A stretch of DNA of 64,000 nt from Eledone cirrhosa (taxonomy: Eukaryota): contig OZ024743.1 of assembly GCA_964016885.1 (NCBI GenBank), forward strand, positions 303,676,001 through 303,740,000, in the 5' to 3' direction. Of the stretch, positions 56,809 through 64,000 are shown piece after piece. The position numbers were made by a program, and so were the translations under genes. The notes beneath the pieces were generated by a model. It had not been told where the DNA came from. It searched no databases and saw only the letters and a list, made by a program, of their open reading frames with translations. The number at the start of each line of letters is the position of its first letter. Positions within the stretch are counted from its first letter, which is position 1.

Positions 56809-59437
56809 AGATATATATATAAGATTATACAGCAGTGAAACAGGTAAATGAAAATAGATATTACGTTTCTATCAGTTGTTAAACGAGATTATTTAGCCTC
56901 CTGCGTAGAGCATGACAATATATTTTGCAAATTGTAGTGAATTATCTTAATTGATCTCTTAAAGAAATAGGTTCCATATACTTAAACTTAGGGAGCCACA
57001 TTGTAACAGTTTCTTTGCCTACATGCCTTTATGAAATTGATTTCTCTGTAGAATTTTCAATCAGAAACCAAATTGCAAATTCTACGCCATGACACTTATT
57101 ATACCTATTTTCGTTTTAAAATTTCATTTTCAAAATTTAAAGCAACATAGAATCAATTTATATATATTTAGATCAATGTATTACACGTACAGTATCAAAC
57201 ATTCTGAGATAACAAAAAGTGACCAAATATGCCTTTTTAATATGTCCTCGCCTACCTCAATTATAAAAAGTAAAGCGGTTGATTATGTTTTATTGAGATA
57301 TGAATACAATATATTTACAGAGTGCATATATTTCAGGGACGAAGCGAGAATGGATTAGAAACACAAAACTTAAATGGTAAATGTTGCTTAGCACTTCATG
57401 GTATTAATTAAGGAAGTAAAGATATGCGGTATATTGAACTGTCAGATAGATGTGAAAATCAATTATCGGAGATGATGATATTCAGAATTTACTCCGGAGC
57501 TAAAATAGCTATTCAAATATATAGATGGTGTTAATTATTCATTTCAAGGTTCCTGTGAATATGTCTGTAAGATTATGTTTGTGTATTCATCGATTCTACT
57601 ATCTGTTTTCATGAATTAGTTTACTCTTCTTTTAACAGCTGTCTTGTCAATAATATCCAGGAAATGGATGTATAAAGATACGGAATACGTTTAAACAAAA
57701 CATCGTTATTAAGAATCCATCACGTGTGCATATATCATTCCGGAAGAGACGCAAAGAAAGGCCACTGAGTTCTTTAAAAATGACCCAGAGCAACTTAAGT
57801 AATAAATTGATTTTAATTAGCGATAACCGTAGAATGGAATCACGATAACAGATGTAACTATAGTGTAGCTAATTGGTTTTTGCAAGTAATTGTAGAAATG
57901 CATAATAAAGAAATTATATTTGTTCAGAAGAATAATTACTAAGTATTACCTTTCAAAGGAAACACTTTTCCCTTCTAAACCAGATTCTTATCTGCTTTTT
58001 TTTTTTAAAGTAGTAATCAAACTAAGTTATGTTACAGAAAATAAATACATATTCATTTGAAATTACATTTAAATATAACTTACACACGTAGGTGTTGAAT
58101 ATCATATAGGTATCAATATCATATACGAGTAGGTTTGTACTATAATCCCTAATTATTATGTGTTATGTAAAGGATAATGGTGGAAATTTAAAAAAATTGC
58201 GATTAAGACAAGTAATACATTGTCCAGTTCTAATTAGTTGAAGAAATAACAATTTTAGCTATCAACCGTTTATGCAATTGAAACATTGGTGGCATTAGTG
58301 CAATGGTGCTAGTATGGTGTAATTTATGCTTACTGTTCTGGTTTATCCCAATGTCAACTCTAACTGTTGTACTTGTAATCAAAGGTACAGTGTATAGTAA
58401 TTTGCAACTAGATATATTACTGAGTATACTGCTAGGAAGAACGCTCGATTCATTAATTTAAGCTATTCGAATGTTAATATACCATTTGTTTAATTGTTTG
58501 AAAACAGATTCAATTTTATATCTCGTCTAATGAACTGGATAGATATAAATTAAACGGTGAGTAAGGAGACCACATTAACACTCTGAATTCAAACACTTAA
58601 TCCACATGAACGTAAGCACTGTATTTAACTAAGGTACATTTTTATTATTCGCTACTTCGTGATATAAGCTGTAGGAATGTAATTATGCGAGATTCATTGC
58701 CTGAAAATGATCAACCTTTGTCATAACATATTTTGCACTCACCTAGGGACTTTGAATACAATACAATTGAATACTACAAGGAAATAAATTAAAGTGTATC
58801 ACGGAAGCATATTGGAATGTAAATAATAGACGGCCTAAAGAGCGTAGAGAATGAGTGAAATTTATGAGTATGTTATGCCTTTTGCAAAGGTTGCTACATA
58901 ACACATACACTACAATACTGCTGAAGGGAATCGAGGATATGACGCCCTGAGGCAAACAGTTTAACTATGCCAACGCACTATTGTGAAAGAACGGCTTAGA
59001 ACTACATGCATTACCAGTACACGTGTAATAGAAATACGGCATTGTAGCATACCAGAGTAGCGTCGGTCGATTCGACTGGTAAAACCTTTCAATTCTTTTT
59101 CCGTCTGAAGGTATTTATATATTAGAATTAACGAAGAAATATTATTGCTAATATGCATTGTAGAATACCTTGCAAGAAAGAAATTATATGGTGACACACA
59201 CAAACATAAGCACTGGTACAAACCTACCCCCCTCACACACACCTACATAGACACTCACAGACACATACACGCCTACACACACACACAGACACACATACTC
59301 ACACACACACAAACACACGGGTAAATATATATGTATATATATATATATATATGCAAAAGTTATATTTAAATTGTTGGGATACAACAAGCAAATATTGTTA
59401 TAACTGATATAAAGCACTCGACAAATATTTGGAGTAG

Positions 59438-59805
59438 ATATACGATATTAACAAATGGAAACTATATATATAAAACCATATTTATTTCATTATACATATT
59501 TCAAGGATACCAAGTTAAGTTATGGTATGCCTTCATCAGACAAAATACAATATATACCAGTTTTATAAATAAACATTGACGTACCCTTTCAAAATGCAAC
59601 AGTTACTTTTGGAAGACATCAGGATAGTCTTCCAAAAGTAACGGTTGCATTTTGAAAGGGTACGTCAATGTTTATTTATATAACTGGTATATATTGTATG
59701 GTGGCTCTTGAAGGCATACCATAATTTAACTTGGTATACTTGAAATATGTATAATGAAATAAATATGGTTGTATAAATATAGTTTCCATGTTAATATGGT
59801 ATATA
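59438..59805. mobile_element. ~370-bp palindromic pLTR pair with hammerhead motif
   Basis: Arms 59438-59617 and 59627-59805. Minus strand ~59493-59539: CTGATGA aggcatacc...ggtatcctt GAAA tat GTA. Confidence 0.8.
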
Positions 59806-60203
59806 TATATTGGTAGACGGAATAGAAAATGCTGACAAATTGTTCACAGTTGAAAAATGGTTTAATTAGGAATAAAAGAGTATTAGTAATTGTATGGGTT
59901 AGTATTCAGTTGTGGTTTTAAGTTTTTAAGTTTTTACCGGTTGCGCATTTCTAAATGCTTTTCAGAAATAATTTTGAGATAGAGTGTCCGTGTTGTTTGC
60001 TCTAGAGCAAACAAGACGGACACTCTATCTCAAAATTATTTCTGAAAAGCATTTAGAAATGCGCAACCGGTAAAAACTTAAAAACTTAAAACCACAACTG
60101 AATACTAACCCATACAATTACTAATACTCTTTTATTCCTAATTAAACCATTTTTCAACTGTGAACAATTTGTCAGCATTTTCTATTCCGTTTACCAATAT
60201 ATA
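59804..60203. mobile_element. 400-bp spacer-less palindrome of family I HHR-like pLTR
   Basis: Centred on tct|aga at 60003/60004; I saw two mismatches between the arms. ttt CTGAAAA gcattt-ag-aaatgc GCAA ccg GTA aaa at ~60038-60076. Confidence 0.85.
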
Positions 60204-60233
60204 ATAACTTGTGTGTTACACCTCTATATCTTT

Positions 60234-60285
<52 letters not shown>

Positions 60286-60394
60286 TAAAAGGAAAAGAAA
60301 ATAGTGACAAATTGTTACCAGTGAAAAATAGTTTAATTAGGAATAAGTATAAATTAGTAATAAGTATTGGTTAATATATATATATATATATATA

Positions 60395-60474
60395 TTTCTA
60401 ACCTAGAAGAAAGAGAAAAAATAAAAATTAAAAAAAAAATATTTTCTTCCTAATAATCGTCTATTTCTCCCTAT

Positions 60475-60565
<91 letters not shown>

Positions 60566-61229
60566 CATATATATATATATGAAAATAGGGAGAAAAAGAC
60601 GATTATTAGGAGGAAAATATATATATATATTTTTTTTTTTCTCTCTTTTTTCTGGGTTAGAAAATGTTGAAAACAAAATATTTTACTTTGTGTGAAGTGT
60701 TAATGTATTAGTTAATTTATTTATTAATTAACAATGGCATTTGTTTATTTATTTATATATTTAATAATTGTATATTACCGGTTTCAGCACTTTATGCATT
60801 ATCAAAGGGTGGAATTTGTATTGGTTTAAAATGTTGGAGAGAAAATGATGTGATGTTGAACATGTTAAGGAAATGTGGAAGAATGAATAATATTATTTAC
60901 AAGAAGGTTTTTAAAGTAAAAAGAAAAAAGACAAAAATGGGGTGATGTGAAACATGATATGGTAATGGGAAAGAAAGAATAGTATTATTTACAGGCATAG
61001 TTGTTGAGGATAAGCAGTTCAAAATGTGTTCTTATGGCAAGAGCACTTAGGTGATGCATGCCTCCATCATGCAATAATTGCCATTGTTAAATACTAAATA
61101 AATTAACTAATAACTTAACACTTCATACAAAGTAAAATATTTTGTTTTAAACATTTTCTAACCGAGAAAAAAGAGAAAAAAATAAAAGGAAAGACATATT
61201 TTTTTACTTCCTAATAATCGTCTTTTTCT
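60395..61229. mobile_element. Diverged fold-back insertion (arms 60579-60740 and 61079-61229) plus a third tail-to-tail copy at 60395-60482
   Basis: Shared ttctaacc.agaa.aaagagaaaaaa...cttcctaataatcgtct; degenerate HHR TTTGATAatgca...tgct GAAACCGGTA on the minus strand at ~60774-60808. Confidence 0.7.
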
Positions 61230-61330
61230 ATACATATATATATAGTAATAATAATAAAATTGAAGACTAAAATCCAAAGAAGGCTCGATAAGGAAAATAT
61301 ATATCAAATATATAAGAACCGTAGAGCATA

Positions 61331-61408
<78 letters not shown>

Positions 61409-62329
61409 GATAAATCTACCAAGAGTTTACGGTAGTGTCCAATCCGTATGAAGAACTCAATGTATTCCGGATATCATGGAAAGAAGAGATGTAATGAAAA
61501 TCCAATTTCGGTGAAAGATAAACGGTATACAGAGTCAAGATAAAATATTAAACAAATAATGAACAAACAATTCCTTATATTAAACAAAAAAAGTTCACTA
61601 TTTAACGATCGTTTCTAGGGCATATATGTGTTATAATTGGTATGCATATTTAACAGATCTATGTACAAAATTATACAAAATTATACAAATTATCAAGATT
61701 AAATATACATACCTAACTCATATATACGCCGTCTTCAGAAATAATGAAGTATATTTATTGATAATAACAACAATTCAAAATATCAGTTCAAAATTGACCA
61801 ATGAAAACACAAAGGGTTAAAAAGCAGTTTGGTGTGTGTATATACATGTAAAACCCCACACACATTTTACAATAATGTGTGTATAATCTGTATGTGCATA
61901 CTAAAAAGATGGATGCAAATAAAAAATTTCAAGGTTAATATCTCTGTAAGCTTAATGCGCTGATAAGATACGCAATGATACTTATGGAGTCAAGCATATA
62001 AATATATTTTTTTCATACTCACACATATCAGTATAATCACACATACATGTGCGTATATATATAAATATACATATAACCACGAACACACAAACACACACAC
62101 TCCCCCACTCACATTTATATATGTGGATATAAAATCATAAGCAAATAGAAATTAAGTCACTCACATAAACACACTGGTACACACATTTCAAGATCAAGAT
62201 ACAGAAATTAGGTGGGAGGGGGGGGGAGGGGTCAGTATTAGACTGTCAGACCAGACAACCTTAATATAAATGTATCTATAAATTATGAAAAATAAAAAAA
62301 TAAAAACAATAAAGTATAATACATATAAT

Positions 62330-62517
62330 ATAATGTACGTACGCATACAGATATACATACACATACATACATGTACGCGCACATAGAGATATCTATACAT
62401 ACATACATACACACATACCTATACTGTCATACACACACATACATTTACACGAACATACACATACACATATAAAAAGATATAAATACGGACACACACACGC
62501 GCAACACATACATACAT

Positions 62518-62564
<47 letters not shown>

Positions 62565-62675
62565 TATACACACACACGTAGACTCATATATATATATACA
62601 TACACATACATACATTTATACACAAACATATATATCCCACACTCATACCACCATAAAAACACATACAAACATCCA

Positions 62676-62726
<51 letters not shown>

Positions 62727-62822
62727 ACATACACACACGTACACACATATGTATATATACATACATATATACACACATACACATATATATATATCCACAC
62801 ACACACATAAAATACAGACATG

Positions 62823-62857
<35 letters not shown>

Positions 62858-62951
62858 CATTACTCTTATATATACACATAGTATATATACATACACAATC
62901 TCACTTATACACATATACACATAAGTTATATTACAATAATAATAAAGAATA

Positions 62952-62982
<31 letters not shown>

Positions 62983-63131
62983 CATATATATACACACATA
63001 TACACATATACATACACACACATACACATACATACATACATACACATACATACATACACCTAAATATAAACATATATAAATACACACATACGAATAAAGA
63101 CATATATTCACACATAGACACCTATATACAC

Positions 63132-63180
<49 letters not shown>

Positions 63181-63195
63181 TACACATACATACAC

Positions 63196-63233
<38 letters not shown>

Positions 63234-63262
63234 GCACACACATACAGACACACATACACACT

Positions 63263-63297
<35 letters not shown>

Positions 63298-63810
63298 GTG
63301 TATGTGAGTGTGCGCCAATACATATATATATATATACACACACACATACAAACACACACAAACTCATACATATGCATACGCACACACACACACACATATA
63401 CCACATAGATACGAAAATAAACATATAAATAGAGAGACATACAAATATATACAGCATAATATAATTATATGCATACATATGCATACGCACACACACACAC
63501 ACATATACCACATAGATACGAAAATAAACATATAAATAGAGAGACATACAAATATATACAGAACCCATATACACGTACATACAAACACGCATATACATAT
63601 ATATATATATATACACACATATATATTCCTATATACAAGCATACACATACACACACATATATACATATACATACACATATACATATCACACATTCACATA
63701 CACGTACATATATAATACATATATATACATACATATACATATATATGTATGTACAATCATATATACACACTCAATCTTACATTCATATTTACATGCTCAT
63801 ATATGTATTT
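62330..63810. repeat. Long compound (CA)/(TA)/(TACA) low-complexity tract with an internal duplication (63365-63455 vs 63474-63562)
   Basis: Directly visible. Confidence 0.95.
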
Positions 63811-64000
63811 TTATATTTAGAAATAAATACCAAAAAAACTATATAGATACCCATCTACACATATATTCATACATATACACTTACAAAAACAGATGATAAT
63901 AGTATGGGGGAAAGGGGGGGTTTGGAGAAGGGGATCAAAGTAAATATATGTTTCAAGAAACATATAATATTTTCCATATCTTAATTCAATGTATGTTCCT

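Overview
AT-rich, microsatellite-saturated eukaryotic (animal) DNA; the tRNA-derived SINEs look like the ones I recall from octopod cephalopods (inference, not a database result). Almost the whole window is mobile DNA: a decayed Helitron (~0.6-5.1 kb), a decayed CR1/L2-type LINE (~18.3-22.4 kb), several SINEs with TSDs, and a very dense set of Penelope-like elements (PLEs; RT plus C-terminal GIY-YIG). One PLE (45.9-49.5 kb) is a single nonsense codon away from intact. The dominant pattern is that at least ten PLE or PLE-derived insertions are head-to-head fold-back structures (inverted arms from ~50 bp to ~3 kb), mostly bordered by (TA)n tracts, with type-I hammerhead ribozyme (HHR) motifs near the outward-facing ends. 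Many HHRs have non-canonical cores or expanded stem II, and four inversion junctions fall inside the HHR itself. The only convincing host-type gene is an intact, intronless 445-aa alanine-aminotransferase-like ORF (24789-26126, minus strand) whose PLP-binding and catalytic residues appear replaced, making it a candidate pseudoenzyme retrogene. Most other ORFs in the track are microsatellite translations. Boundaries were read by eye and can be off by a few bases, more for decayed elements.
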